From positions 4,128,001 to 4,192,000 of the forward strand of contig CBDCOX010000002.1 of NCBI GenBank assembly GCA_965219995.1: a stretch of 64,000 nt of DNA, given 5' to 3'. Below the pieces are notes generated by a model. It searched no databases, was not told the origin of the DNA, and was given only the letters and a program-made list of their open reading frames with translations. Source of the DNA: Candidatus Latescibacterota bacterium. GTDB taxonomy: Bacteria > Latescibacterota > UBA2968 > GCA-2709665. The translations under genes and the position numbers were made by a program. Positions 9,786-20,180 of the stretch are shown here, piece by piece; position 1 is the stretch's first letter; every line of letters starts with the position of its first letter.

Positions 9786-10673
9786 TCACGTCAGCGAGTT
9801 CCACTCCGCGCCGAGCGCATCGAACTGCCCGTAAAATGCCTCCAGCACCGGGTCGGCGAGCGGCCCCTTTGTCGTTAATTGCAGATTATGCCGGGCATGG
9901 TCGGGGTTCGTCGTCCCCACAATGGCCGTGTCGATGGCGTCCTGCGAAAGCGTGAATCGAAGGGATAGCTCGATGGGATCCTCCGGGGCTCCATCCGGGA
10001 CCTCGAGCTGCTGCGCCCGCTCCCAGTAGGCATCCGCGTATCCGTACGGCGACGCCGACTGCCCGATCGCACCGTTCGCGATCGGCCTCTTCGCAATCAC
10101 GCCCATCTCCGCGGCATGCGCCTCCGGCAGCACGTCTGCGCGCCCTTTCTGATCCACCAGGTTGAACGACGTCTGCAGTGTGCTGAATACGCCCATCCGG
10201 ATCGCCTCCAGCGCGTCCTCGCCGTCTCCGCTGTATCCTACGTACCTTGTCTTGCCCGCATCCTTCGCACGCATCACCGCGTCCACGGCCTCGCCCGTCC
10301 TGAGCACGTCCGCAGAACACGTATGCAGCTGGACGAGGTCAACGTAATCCGTTTTCAACCGCTGCAGCGACCGGTCGATGCTCTCCTCGATGATCTCTCT
10401 CGACCACGGTTCCCCGGTGGCATCCCCGGTCACGTGGCCGCACTTGGTTGCCAGGACGTATTCGTCCCGTCGTCCGCTGATGTACCGGCCGATCAGCTCC
10501 TCGCTGTTGTGGTAACAGGCCGCCGTGTCGACCAGCGTAATCCCGTCGTCCAGCAGCCGGTTGAGCAGATTTCCAACGCGACCGGCATCCACGTCCTCCA
10601 GCCCGATCCTCGCGCCGCCGAACCCCAGGCGGGTGACTTCCATATCCGTCCTGCCAAGCGTACGTGTCTCCAT
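9786..10673 (-). CDS. Aldo/keto reductase
   Basis: METRTLGRT, LGFG, DTAACY, SEELIG, ATKCG, SLQRLKTDYVDLVQLH; GGAGG RBS. Confidence 0.92.
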   Translation of the reverse strand: METRTLGRTDMEVTRLGFGGARIGLEDVDAGRVGNLLNRLLDDGITLVDTAACYHNSEELIGRYISGRRDEYVLATKCGHVTGDATGEPWSREIIEESIDRSLQRLKTDYVDLVQLHTCSADVLRTGEAVDAVMRAKDAGKTRYVGYSGDGEDALEAIRMGVFSTLQTSFNLVDQKGRADVLPEAHAAEMGVIAKRPIANGAIGQSASPYGYADAYWERAQQLEVPDGAPEDPIELSLRFTLSQDAIDTAIVGTTNPDHARHNLQLTTKGPLADPVLEAFYGQFDALGAEWNSLT

Positions 10674-10702
10674 CGCATAACCTCCATCAAAAGCCGGGAG
10701 GT

Positions 10703-10760
10703 GTGATCCTCTCCCGTCTCCCCTCTTACCTCTCACCGATTCTGGCTGACCGCCGATAGC
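10703..10760. repeat. Partial heptamer repeat (right arm plus GCTGACC/GCCGATA), copy D
   Basis: ATCCTCTCCCGTCTCCCCTCTTACCTCTCACCG matches the right arms of copies A-C. Confidence 0.6.
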
Positions 10761-10832
10761 TTTTTTCCCGACCGTGAAGATACGGTCAGCGACAGGATAA
10801 TGCAAGAGGTTAGCCCGTAATCCCGTTTTGGG

Positions 10833-10861
10833 TTGACAGGAAAGCCGGTCTGGTTTAGGTT
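10833..10861 (+). promoter_or_regulatory. Putative sigma70 promoter
   Basis: TTGACA-17 bp-TAGGTT upstream of the PhyH gene at 10981. Confidence 0.45.
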
Positions 10862-10980
10862 TGAATATTGCGATGCACGCAGTGTGAAGGCTGAAAAATC
10901 CGTGGTGGCGACGGTCCGATTCATCTTGCAGACCGGCGTTCCACGGCCTGAAAACCGGCTTCGGCCAGGGGGTTACACCG

Positions 10981-11847
10981 ATGCAACAGACCCGGGAACG
11001 AGTGGCTTTCGACAATTACGTGGACGACGGCGGCTACACCGCGGACCTTTATGAGTATCACGAGATTGATGAAGGAATCGAAAGCCTCGACGCTTCCACC
11101 GATGCGGACGTGGATTTTTTCCACCGGAACGGCTATCTGGCCGTCAGAAATGCGTTCACGAGCGCCGAGGTCGATGACATGCAGAACGGACTCATGGATC
11201 TCATCAAGGGGAAGAATCCGGAATTCAAGGGCGTGCAGTTCGAAATCAGCTACAAGGACAGGCTGCACACGCTGACGGACGACGAACGGTGGGACGCCGT
11301 GCGGAAGCTCCAGTACTTCATGGGCTACGACCACCGATTGACCCGTCTGGCCGAACATTCGAAGATCCTGGACATCATGGCGCGAATCATCGGCGAGGAA
11401 CCGGCGCTCTATTCGCATCAGGCCATCCTCAAACCGCCGCGGGTGGGGCGTGAAAAACCCTGGCACCAGGACCACGCCTACTTCAACCTTCCGATGGGGA
11501 CGACCATCGTGAGCATGTGGATTTCACTGGACAGAGCCACACCCGAAAACGGCTGCATGCGGGTGATTCCCGGTACCCATCTGCAGGGTCCCAGGGTCCA
11601 TTTCAAGCGCCGCGACTGGCAGATCTGCGACACGCATGTGGTCAGAGACCGCGTGGTGGCGGTCCCGCTGGAACCGGGTGGCTGCCTCATCTGGTCGGGC
11701 ATGATTCACCACGGCACGCCTGCCAACACCACCTCCCATCGGCGCAGGGCCCTGCAGTTCCACTATTGCCCCGCGCGCGTGGAAGCGACCTCGTCACAGG
11801 AGCGCCTGGCCGTATTCGGGAGCGAAGGAAAAGACGTCACCTGCTGA
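10981..11847 (+). CDS. Phytanoyl-CoA dioxygenase (PhyH) family protein
   Basis: FFHRNGYL, KPWHQD, ENGCMRVIPGTH, HHGT, RRALQFHY. Confidence 0.92.
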   Translation: MQQTRERVAFDNYVDDGGYTADLYEYHEIDEGIESLDASTDADVDFFHRNGYLAVRNAFTSAEVDDMQNGLMDLIKGKNPEFKGVQFEISYKDRLHTLTDDERWDAVRKLQYFMGYDHRLTRLAEHSKILDIMARIIGEEPALYSHQAILKPPRVGREKPWHQDHAYFNLPMGTTIVSMWISLDRATPENGCMRVIPGTHLQGPRVHFKRRDWQICDTHVVRDRVVAVPLEPGGCLIWSGMIHHGTPANTTSHRRRALQFHYCPARVEATSSQERLAVFGSEGKDVTC

Positions 11848-11875
11848 CGCTTGATCGAACCCGCAACCCCCAACA

Positions 11876-11912
11876 AAAGAGCCCCGGTGAAGACTTGAAC
11901 CGGGGCCTTTTT
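11876..11912 (+). terminator. Intrinsic terminator
   Basis: GCCCCGGT-loop-ACCGGGGC followed by CTTTTT and preceded by an A-run. Confidence 0.7.
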
Positions 11913-11927
11913 GACCCTTGTCGAAAT

Positions 11928-12758
11928 ATGGACTCCAAACTCCACTTCCTGCTCCGGATTCTCCTGGGAGGCCTCGCGCTCTATGTCCTCTACGCCGCCG
12001 TCCTTTTCTTCGCGCAGCGCCGCTTCATTTTTCCGCGGCACCTTGTCCGGACGCCGCCCGCCGACGCGACGGATGTGCCGGGAATCGAGCGCATCTGGTT
12101 GACATTGCGCGCCGGCCGAACGGAAACCTGGCTGCTCCCGCCCGAATCCGACGCGGGCTCCGCACCAGCGGTCATCGTAGCCCACGGCAATGCCGAGCTC
12201 ATCGACCACTGGGTCGACGAAACGACGGCTCTCGGACGTCTGGGATTCGCCGTCCTTCTCGTGGAATACCCCGGATACGGACGGTCTGAAGGCTCACCTT
12301 CCCAGGCCAGCGTCACCGAGGCCTTTGTGGCCGCGTACGATATGCTGGCGGCCCGGAATGACGTCGACGCGGACCGGATCGTATTCATGGGCCGCTCGCT
12401 CGGCGGGGGCGTGGTGTGCGCGCTCGCGGCCGAACGCCCGCCCGCCGCCCTGGTGCTGATTTCCACCTTCAAGAGCGTCAACGCCATGGCCGCGGAGAAA
12501 TTCTTCGTCCCCCCATTCTTCGCTCGGGACCCGTTCAACAATCAGAAGACGTTGAGGAGCTATCCCGGGCCCGTACTCATCGCGCACGGGACAAGGGATT
12601 CGCTGATTCCGTACCGCCACGGCGTCGCACTGCATCGCGTGGCCAGACGCGGCCGTCTCATCACGTACGAAGCCGGGCACAACAACTGTCCGCCCGACTG
12701 GCCGGCCTTCTGGGCAGAGGTCGAACGCTTTCTTCGGGAAGAGGAAATTCTTCGGTAG
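11928..12758 (+). CDS. Alpha/beta hydrolase (ABHD13/Bem46-like) with N-terminal TM helix
   Basis: HGNAE, EYPGYGRSEG, nucleophile GRSLG, HGTRD, AGHN. Confidence 0.9.
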   Translation: MDSKLHFLLRILLGGLALYVLYAAVLFFAQRRFIFPRHLVRTPPADATDVPGIERIWLTLRAGRTETWLLPPESDAGSAPAVIVAHGNAELIDHWVDETTALGRLGFAVLLVEYPGYGRSEGSPSQASVTEAFVAAYDMLAARNDVDADRIVFMGRSLGGGVVCALAAERPPAALVLISTFKSVNAMAAEKFFVPPFFARDPFNNQKTLRSYPGPVLIAHGTRDSLIPYRHGVALHRVARRGRLITYEAGHNNCPPDWPAFWAEVERFLREEEILR

Positions 12759-12803
12759 GCGACGTCGCCGCTCGACCCGTGCAATAGAACGGAGAATGCC
12801 CTC

Positions 12804-13580
12804 ATGCGGGCCATCGACTTCCACAACTCCTTCGTCCATTGGCGAACGGACTGGGACGTCCTTCCTTCCAAGACCGCCTCGCACAGACCGCCCTGGACGC
12901 TGAACGACGTCCGGGTCCCGATCGACAGCCGGTGCCGGTTGACGGAAAAGGCGTCGGGCGAATCGCGTGAATTCGTGCTGGGGGCGAACTGCAAGACCGA
13001 ACGCGTGGGGGTGCCGAAGGATATCTGGACGAACCCCAACGCGGATTTCGTCCCGGTCTTCACCAACGACCGGTTTCTGATTCTCAAGACCTACGACCGG
13101 GTGGGACGGCGCGTCAGCGCGTACCCGCCTTCGCTCGGCGATCAACCGGAACGACAGACGGGCCTGTCCGCGGAGACGTTCGTGGACGTACGCATCGATA
13201 TCGCAAGGAAGGAGGGACAGGTGCTGGGCAACGCCGACGACGTCATCCGGGCCGTATCCGACAACGGCCAACTCGTCGCCCGCACCGAATACGCGGATGA
13301 GCGGTATGCAGCTACCATTGACTATCCCATCCGGACGATCAACACGAACGAGCGGGACGGTTTCTTCCAGACGGATACCGGCCCACTTCTGTTCCCTGAT
13401 CTGAGCAGGGGCCCCGACGAACTGATCGATGGCATGGAACTCGCGTTCGCGGCCTTCAACGCACCGGACTGGATCGAGTTTCTCGTCCGGGTTCCGACGC
13501 CGCTGACCGACGACATCAGCGTTTATCACTACACCAGGTCCGTCAGACTGGACTGCGTGAACACGGTGATACGGATATGA
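12804..13580 (+). CDS. Hypothetical protein (258 aa)
   Basis: Long ORF with GGAG RBS and host-like codon use; no motif recognised. Confidence 0.7.
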   Translation: MRAIDFHNSFVHWRTDWDVLPSKTASHRPPWTLNDVRVPIDSRCRLTEKASGESREFVLGANCKTERVGVPKDIWTNPNADFVPVFTNDRFLILKTYDRVGRRVSAYPPSLGDQPERQTGLSAETFVDVRIDIARKEGQVLGNADDVIRAVSDNGQLVARTEYADERYAATIDYPIRTINTNERDGFFQTDTGPLLFPDLSRGPDELIDGMELAFAAFNAPDWIEFLVRVPTPLTDDISVYHYTRSVRLDCVNTVIRI

Positions 13581-13678
13581 TCGCGCGACCGATGGGACGG
13601 CGGGAGGGTCGCCCCAGTCTACATTTGCACCGAGTACGCGCTATCGTTCCCCAAGTCTGAAACGCACCGACGCGCGAT

Positions 13679-14260
13679 TCATTCTCCGCCCGGTTGATCG
13701 CTCAACAGTCGAATTCGCTCTACGATTTCGTCGATGCCGGGCGAATATCCGCCTTCAGTGGAAACATGGATTGTCGGCAGGTCGAAATCGGGCGGCGTAT
13801 AATCCCCCGGAGGCGCGATTTCGGCGGTTCGCCTATAGATTTCAACGCGTTTGTCGCCGTGGTAGAACTCCCGGTCCGGATCGTCCAGGCCTCGCTCCAG
13901 GTGACGCCTGGCAGCCACCATCCCGTCGACGGCGCAGACCACGAAAACCGGCGTACACAATTCGAGGATCCGGGGGATTCTCGACGCCCAGACCCTGTGC
14001 TGAAACGCCGCCTCGATGACGACGGAGATCTTCGCGGTGAGATATCGATTCACGATGTCGAAGAACAGATCGGTGGCCACCCTGTTGGTGTCCGCCGGAA
14101 GCCGATCGTGTTTCACGCCGTGGGTGTTGACGTAACCTTCCTTGATCCCGTCGCGGCGGATCACCGGCATCCACAGCCGCCCGGCAAGTTTCCCGGATAA
14201 CGTGGTTTTTCCCGATCCCGGCCGGCCCGTGACGATGACGCAGGTGGGTTTACGGCTCAT
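13679..14260 (-). CDS. P-loop kinase/AAA_33 family protein
   Basis: Walker A GRPGSGKTT, then D.IKE and VVIEA. Confidence 0.85.
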   Translation of the reverse strand: MSRKPTCVIVTGRPGSGKTTLSGKLAGRLWMPVIRRDGIKEGYVNTHGVKHDRLPADTNRVATDLFFDIVNRYLTAKISVVIEAAFQHRVWASRIPRILELCTPVFVVCAVDGMVAARRHLERGLDDPDREFYHGDKRVEIYRRTAEIAPPGDYTPPDFDLPTIHVSTEGGYSPGIDEIVERIRLLSDQPGGE

Positions 14261-14299
14261 GGTTCTACGGCTCGAAATAGGTTGAAGAACGGACCGCCT

Positions 14300-15982
14300 T
14301 CAATCCCGCGGCAGTTCCACGCTCGTCGCGCACTCCAGGTCCATTGTCACCGCGCGGAATTGAAAGCCGTATCGATCCACCGCTTCCCCGCGCGTCCCCC
14401 TGCCCGTATCCGGCAGCAGCACCGTCGCGCCCTTTATGTCCGCGTCCGCGCTGATCTCGTACGCACCGCCTTCCCTCCGTCGGAACCGCGCCGTGCGCCG
14501 CGCGCGTTCCCACGCGTCGATCCGTGCCGCCGTCCACCACGGCATGCCCTTGTCCCTGGTATAGCCGACGATTTCCCTGAGCCCGCCGCGAACGGCCGGC
14601 TCCCAGACGTGCGCGGGGTGAAAGAGGAAATGGGCGATGCCGTGGTGCTGAAACGCCTGGTCGGCGAAACAGTGCGCCAGGCGGGTGGAACAACGCTTGT
14701 GAATGTCCTGCACGGTCAGGTTCACCTCCAACACGTCGATCGGCGGGCCGCCCGGTGACTCGTCTTCAATCGGAAACCAGGGGTGGCATCCCCCGAAGGG
14801 AAAACCGTTGGTATAGGGCGTGTTCGGCCCCCGGCTCTGCTCCAAGGTGATGCCCGCGCGTTCGCACCACCGGAAGAACTCCAGCCGGCCCTGCCAGCGG
14901 AGCGTGTGGTTCTTGTTCGTGGTTACGGGGCGCCCGGACGCTTCCGTGACCGTTTTCAATTGTCCGGCCAACTCGTCATATCCCCATTTCAGATGGGCGG
15001 TCTCCGGTTTCTGGTCGTCCGACGCCGTCTGCCAGGTCTGCGCGTCGTAGTGCAGGGCTACCTCCGAGCCGTACTCGTGGATCGCGCGGTAGAATTCCGG
15101 CTGATAGTGCCCGGCCATGATGCACCACGTCGTCCGAACGTCCACTTCCTGAGTCAGCCGCAGCAACGACCAACCAAGCGCTTCGTCTCCGCCGTCCGAG
15201 TCGTGGGACATGTGCGCGATGGCAGGCAGGTTGTCCGGCCAGTACCACAGGACGGGCAGAGCGACGCCGACTTCCCGGCAGGCGTAGAGGACGGCCTTGA
15301 TGATGAGTTCGCGAAACTCGTCCGCTATCGGTTCCAGGAAGACGAGGTTTTCCTCCTCGCCCGGCACCGGCGACCGGTCGCGGTCCAGGTCCAGCGCAAG
15401 CCCCTTGATCCCGTCGATCCGCGTGGGTCCCGACGCGGGGGGTATCGGGTGCCCCTGCTGGATATGAACGATCGTACTGACGACGTCAGGACCCATGGCG
15501 ATCGCGATGCCATTGCCGGGCCGATGCTCCACTACCCCGTCGCTGGCGCCAATTACCCCCGCCAGGGCCGTCCCATCCACGGCTTTGATCCGGCGCCCGC
15601 CGAAACCGTGCAGACTGCTGGCGAATCCCGACGTTACCGGATGGTCATTCGCCGTCACCTGCACGTAGCCCTCCGCCATATCTCCCCGGTCCATCGAGCC
15701 GAATAGGTCGTCCATCCCCGACATGCCGCCCAGCCCGATCAGCGCCCCGCCCGATTCCACGAAGTTTGCCAGCAGCGCCCGCTCCGCCGCCGACAGCGGC
15801 ATATGCCAGGGCAGCAGGATCACGCGAAATCCATCCACAGCGGCAACGGGACGTTCGATCTCGTCGAACGGAATGCCGGCGTGTGCGAGGATTTCACGTA
15901 TGTAAACCCCGCCGTGATACCGGGAACCGTCCGGCGCCGTCTGTCCATCCGGATCGGTCACCACGCACAACGGAAGTTTCAT
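14300..15982 (-). CDS. Putative polysaccharide deacetylase/GH57-like barrel protein with N-terminal GATase-like domain
   Basis: N-terminal LILP...FVESGGALI; C-terminal SHDSD, EVALHYD, NHTLRW, FHP; AGGAG RBS before MKLPL. Confidence 0.55.
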   Translation of the reverse strand: MKLPLCVVTDPDGQTAPDGSRYHGGVYIREILAHAGIPFDEIERPVAAVDGFRVILLPWHMPLSAAERALLANFVESGGALIGLGGMSGMDDLFGSMDRGDMAEGYVQVTANDHPVTSGFASSLHGFGGRRIKAVDGTALAGVIGASDGVVEHRPGNGIAIAMGPDVVSTIVHIQQGHPIPPASGPTRIDGIKGLALDLDRDRSPVPGEEENLVFLEPIADEFRELIIKAVLYACREVGVALPVLWYWPDNLPAIAHMSHDSDGGDEALGWSLLRLTQEVDVRTTWCIMAGHYQPEFYRAIHEYGSEVALHYDAQTWQTASDDQKPETAHLKWGYDELAGQLKTVTEASGRPVTTNKNHTLRWQGRLEFFRWCERAGITLEQSRGPNTPYTNGFPFGGCHPWFPIEDESPGGPPIDVLEVNLTVQDIHKRCSTRLAHCFADQAFQHHGIAHFLFHPAHVWEPAVRGGLREIVGYTRDKGMPWWTAARIDAWERARRTARFRRREGGAYEISADADIKGATVLLPDTGRGTRGEAVDRYGFQFRAVTMDLECATSVELPRD

Positions 15983-16090
15983 CGATGATCTCCTGGTTAG
16001 CGACCGGGTCGCCGGAAATGTGTTTCGCGGCGACCCGGTGTGCAAGCGGAGGCTATCAGGAATGGAAATCGTACGCGTAAACTTCGTCCT

Positions 16091-17101
16091 TTACCCCGCC
16101 ATATCCTTCAGTCGGTTCAGTTGTCCGTCGCTGCCCAGCGCGATGAGCACGTCGTCCTGATGAATCGTGACGCCCGAAAGCCCTGCCGAGGCCGCAGGGT
16201 CGACCCGGGGTTTTCCGTCCGACCCGTGAATGCCCACGACAATCGCCCCCGTCCGCTGACCGATATCAGTCTCCTTTAATCGCCTGCCCACCAGCGGCGA
16301 CCCCCCGCCAACGTGAAATTGCTCGAGCCGCATGGCCGCCTCGCCCTCGCCCACGACGACGTCGAGAAAGTCCACGATCGACGGCCGCAAAAGCACCGAC
16401 GCGATTCTCCGCCCCGCCAGCTGATAGGGTGACATCACTCTGTCGGCGCCCGCCGTCGTCAGCTTGCCGATGGTCCGCTCCTCCGCTGCCCGCGCCACAA
16501 TCGTCAAATCCGGATTCGCCTGTCGCGCGGAGAGCACCACGAACACGTTCAGGGCGTCCTCCCTCAGCACGGCAATCAAACCCTTTGCATTATGGATGCC
16601 GGCTTCGACCAGCACCTCGTCGTCCTCCGCGTGGCCCGCCACGAACAGGACCGTTTCGTCCCGGCCCAATTCAGAGCGTTCGGGATCCTTGTCCACAATC
16701 ACGAAGGGCATGCCCGCCCGCTTCAGTTCCTGCGCCACTTCCTTGCCGACCACCCCGCCGCCACAGATGATGTAATGATCTTTCAGGTTTGAGACCAGAC
16801 GTTTCATTCTGCGCCCTCGCATGGCGTGGACAATCTGACCTTCGAAAACGAAACCGATAAACGTCGTCACCGAATACCCGACGGCGACAAAACTGAACAT
16901 CAGAAACAGGATCGTGAATCGCTGACCCATCGGCGAAAGCGGATGTACTTCGCCATAGCCGACGGTCGTAATCGTAATCACCGTCATGTACAGACTTTCC
17001 CAGAATTCCCATCCCTCGATCCACACGTAGCCCAGCGTGCCGCCCAGCACCAGTAATACAGGAACCATGAACGCGATCGCGAAACGAACGAGCGGCGGCA
17101 T
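16091..17101 (-). CDS. Potassium channel protein (MthK-like: 2TM, RCK and TrkA-C domains)
   Basis: Selectivity filter TITTVGYG, HYIICGGGVVG RCK domain, C-terminal TrkA-C. Confidence 0.92.
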   Translation of the reverse strand: MPPLVRFAIAFMVPVLLVLGGTLGYVWIEGWEFWESLYMTVITITTVGYGEVHPLSPMGQRFTILFLMFSFVAVGYSVTTFIGFVFEGQIVHAMRGRRMKRLVSNLKDHYIICGGGVVGKEVAQELKRAGMPFVIVDKDPERSELGRDETVLFVAGHAEDDEVLVEAGIHNAKGLIAVLREDALNVFVVLSARQANPDLTIVARAAEERTIGKLTTAGADRVMSPYQLAGRRIASVLLRPSIVDFLDVVVGEGEAAMRLEQFHVGGGSPLVGRRLKETDIGQRTGAIVVGIHGSDGKPRVDPAASAGLSGVTIHQDDVLIALGSDGQLNRLKDMAG

Positions 17102-17261
17102 CCAGAGAATCCAGAGAAGAAGCCATCAACCGGAAGGCGGTGGCGGCGGGCCCGATGGGGCGCAGTACAACACGACGGACACATCAGGCGGCGTATTCGA
17201 AGCGCAACGGTCCATCCGTCAAGAAGGAGGGGACGGGCTCACGGGGCAACCACGGAGTCTC

Positions 17262-18347
17262 TCACTGCCCGACGTCGGCATTTGCGACGAGGACCGGATC
17301 GCTGAGACCGTAGGCGTTGTTCCGGACTCGCGTCCGTCCGTCGGACCGCACCGACAGTTCGTCCGGCCGCTGGTAGAGCCAGTTGTGGTGGACGTCCACA
17401 CCTTCTTCAGGAACGCCGCGCACCACGACGGCCGTTTGCGGGCAGCGGAACGTATTGTGATGCACCTTCATCCACGTACCGGCGACGTCGGTCCCGTCTT
17501 TCCGGTCCCTTCCGCCGTGCATATCGAAGCAATGGCTCAACGACTCGCCGATTTCCACGTTGTGCCGGGCCTCGTATCCGCTGCCCGATCTGCCCGTGCC
17601 CGCCAGCGAGTGCCGGTTATAGTCGAACCGGTTGTATTCGATGAGCGAGAATGCCTCGTCGTGGCTCACCCCGTATCCCAGGCCGTTGTACTGGTTGTGA
17701 TGGATGAAGTTGTGGTGGATGTGATGCCCGTCACCGGCGCCGAGATAGATCGCGCCGTGGCTCCAGCCCGCCACCTCGCAATTGTCCACCTCCAGGCCCG
17801 GATGTCTGGTCTCGATCCCGTTGGAAATCGGAAATTTGTAGTAGTACTCGTGCCCCCTTCCTTCCCGGAACGAGCGGTTATGGTGCTCCAGACACCGCTT
17901 GGGGTTGGGTCCCTTAATTCGCAGACCCGTGACCCGTACGTCCGGACCCGTCACCTGGATCAGGGGTCTGGTATCGAACGTATCGCTCAGGATCATGCCG
18001 CCCGGGGACCCGTCCACGCCGCGGTCGCCCGCCAGAGTAACGCCTTCGGGAATCTCCAGCACGAGGGACTCGATGTACACCCGCTCGGTGCAGTCGATTT
18101 CCGCCTTGCCATCCACCCCGATCACGTCCCCGGGCTTCGCCTGCGCCAGGGCGTCCAGCAGGTCGTCCAGCGTTGACACCGGGTCGGGCAGCGGCGATAT
18201 CGCGTTTGCATACCCCTCGCCCCCGCCGATAGGGCCGTGTTTATCCGCCCGTGCACCGCAGGATTCTCCTGCAATTTCGGTCCAGGTCTGTCCCAACGGT
18301 TCCATTTCGCTACCGAACATCGCCTGCCTCCTTTTCCGTGCGGTCAT
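17262..18347 (-). CDS. Right-handed parallel beta-helix repeat protein
   Basis: AKPGDVI; repeated HHNxxHHN/EYNRF/RHNV strands; ATGA overlap with the upstream gene. Confidence 0.75.
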   Translation of the reverse strand: MTARKRRQAMFGSEMEPLGQTWTEIAGESCGARADKHGPIGGGEGYANAISPLPDPVSTLDDLLDALAQAKPGDVIGVDGKAEIDCTERVYIESLVLEIPEGVTLAGDRGVDGSPGGMILSDTFDTRPLIQVTGPDVRVTGLRIKGPNPKRCLEHHNRSFREGRGHEYYYKFPISNGIETRHPGLEVDNCEVAGWSHGAIYLGAGDGHHIHHNFIHHNQYNGLGYGVSHDEAFSLIEYNRFDYNRHSLAGTGRSGSGYEARHNVEIGESLSHCFDMHGGRDRKDGTDVAGTWMKVHHNTFRCPQTAVVVRGVPEEGVDVHHNWLYQRPDELSVRSDGRTRVRNNAYGLSDPVLVANADVGQ

Positions 18348-19306
18348 TCATTCACGGCAACCACGTAACCCTTCCTGTTATCGACCACGTTCAACAGCGA
18401 CTCGCCGTCCCGGAACCGCCGCACGTTTTCCGCGATCAGTCCGATCCTCCGTTCCTCGATACGGTCTGAATGCGCCGCGACGTGCGGCGTGATCATCACA
18501 TTCTCCATCCCCCACAGCGGGTGCCCTGCCGTCAGCGGCTCCTCTTCGAAAACGTCCAGTCCCGCTCCTGCCAGTTCGCCATTCATGAGCGCCCGCGTCA
18601 GTGCGGCGAGGTCCACCACCTTTCCCCTCCCGATGTTGATGAAGATGGCGCCGGGTTTCATCGCCCGCAGCGCCGATGCGTCAATCATCCGGTCGGTCTC
18701 GCCGGTATGCGGTGCACAGATCACGAAGAAATCCACCTCTCCCAGCATCGCATGCAATTCGTCCACGCGGTAAATCCGTTCCACGTAATCCGGACGTCCC
18801 TTCGGGGCCGGATCCAGGGCGAGGACGCGCATTCCGAACGCGTGTCCCCGTTCGGCAACCGCCAGCCCGATGCCGCCCAGGCCCAGCACGCCGAGGGTGG
18901 TGCCTGCCACGTGGATGACCGGCACGTGCTTTTTCTCCCACCGACCTTCCAGCTGACTCCGGAAATATTCCGGAATCCCGCGAGCCAGGGAAAGCAACAG
19001 CGCAAACACGTGCTCCGCAATGACGTCGCTGTAGATCCCTCGCAAGTTGGTGACGATGACGTCGCTTTCATGTAATTCCGGGAAATAATAACCGTCCAGT
19101 CCCGCGCTTGTCGCCTGGACCCATCGAAGTTTCTTTCCCGCGGCCAGCAGCGCCGGCGTCATTCGTCCGTAAAACGCGTCCGCTTCGCCGATCAGATCCA
19201 GCGCCGCCGCCTCGGACTCCGCTTCGTGCGTCTCCACGCCGATTTCGCGGATTCGCCCCATCCAATCCGGACTGAGCGCCGGCCAGAATACCATTTTTAC
19301 CGCCAT
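18344..19306 (-). CDS. D-2-hydroxyacid dehydrogenase
   Basis: GLGGIG, INIGRG, GAGLDVFEEEP, ITPHVA. Confidence 0.92.
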   Translation of the reverse strand: MAVKMVFWPALSPDWMGRIREIGVETHEAESEAAALDLIGEADAFYGRMTPALLAAGKKLRWVQATSAGLDGYYFPELHESDVIVTNLRGIYSDVIAEHVFALLLSLARGIPEYFRSQLEGRWEKKHVPVIHVAGTTLGVLGLGGIGLAVAERGHAFGMRVLALDPAPKGRPDYVERIYRVDELHAMLGEVDFFVICAPHTGETDRMIDASALRAMKPGAIFINIGRGKVVDLAALTRALMNGELAGAGLDVFEEEPLTAGHPLWGMENVMITPHVAAHSDRIEERRIGLIAENVRRFRDGESLLNVVDNRKGYVVAVNE

Positions 19307-19307
19307 T

Positions 19308-20180
19308 TCAGAGCTCCTCCACCGGGATGAACTCACCCCTGTCGTCGATCATGATACGTGCCCAATTCTGCTCCGGGTCGTGCGGCCACGCGACCAGCCA
19401 GCCCTCTCCAGCCGCCTGTGTCAGCACCCGTTGCTTCACCTCGAACGTCTTCCTCGGATACAGGTCGAACGCCATGATGTAAACCGGGTGCACGTGATGC
19501 CTGGTGGGGACCAGGTCTCCTATGAAACAGATTGTCTCGCCGCCACCCTGTACCAGGACGGACTGGTGCGCCGTCGTGTGTCCGGGCGTCAGGATCGTCC
19601 GCACGCCGGGGCAGATTTCCGCGTCGCCCTCAAGAAGCTCCAGAACGCCCGCCCGTTCCAGGGGAACCAGGTCCGTCGCGGCGTTGTACCCGTGAACGGT
19701 CTGCCGGTCCGCGCCAACGGCGTCTACCCATTCCTGTCGCTGTACGATGTACCGGGCGTTCGGAAACGCGGGCTCATAATCGTTGTCCGTCCAAACCGTT
19801 GTCCCGCCCGCGTGGTCCATGTGAAGGTGGGTGAGCACCACCCGGTCCACCGCCTCCGGCGCAATGCCCGCATCGGCCAGCGCGTCGATTACGCCCCGGG
19901 AGGGGTCCACACCATAGATGTCCCGATACTTCCCGGACAGTTTCTCGGCGCCGACACCGGTTTCCACCAGCACCGTCTCCGCCGGTGTCTCCACCAGCAG
20001 GCAGGTCAGGCCGAGTTGAATCCGGTTCCGCCCGTCCGGCGGGATCTTCTTTTCCCAGATCGACCGCGGGACCACGCCGAACATCGTCCCACCGTCGAGA
20101 CTGAACCGCCCGGCGTCCAGCGCTGTCACACGGATATCCCCGACGGTCCGCGATTCACCCTTTCGACTGGAATTGCTCAC
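19308..20180 (-). CDS. MBL-fold metallo-hydrolase (YtnP-like)
   Basis: LDGGTMFGVVP, THLHMDHAG, TPGHT, GDLVP, PHD; start codon uncertain (GTG at 20180). Confidence 0.88.
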   Translation of the reverse strand: MSNSSRKGESRTVGDIRVTALDAGRFSLDGGTMFGVVPRSIWEKKIPPDGRNRIQLGLTCLLVETPAETVLVETGVGAEKLSGKYRDIYGVDPSRGVIDALADAGIAPEAVDRVVLTHLHMDHAGGTTVWTDNDYEPAFPNARYIVQRQEWVDAVGADRQTVHGYNAATDLVPLERAGVLELLEGDAEICPGVRTILTPGHTTAHQSVLVQGGGETICFIGDLVPTRHHVHPVYIMAFDLYPRKTFEVKQRVLTQAAGEGWLVAWPHDPEQNWARIMIDDRGEFIPVEEL

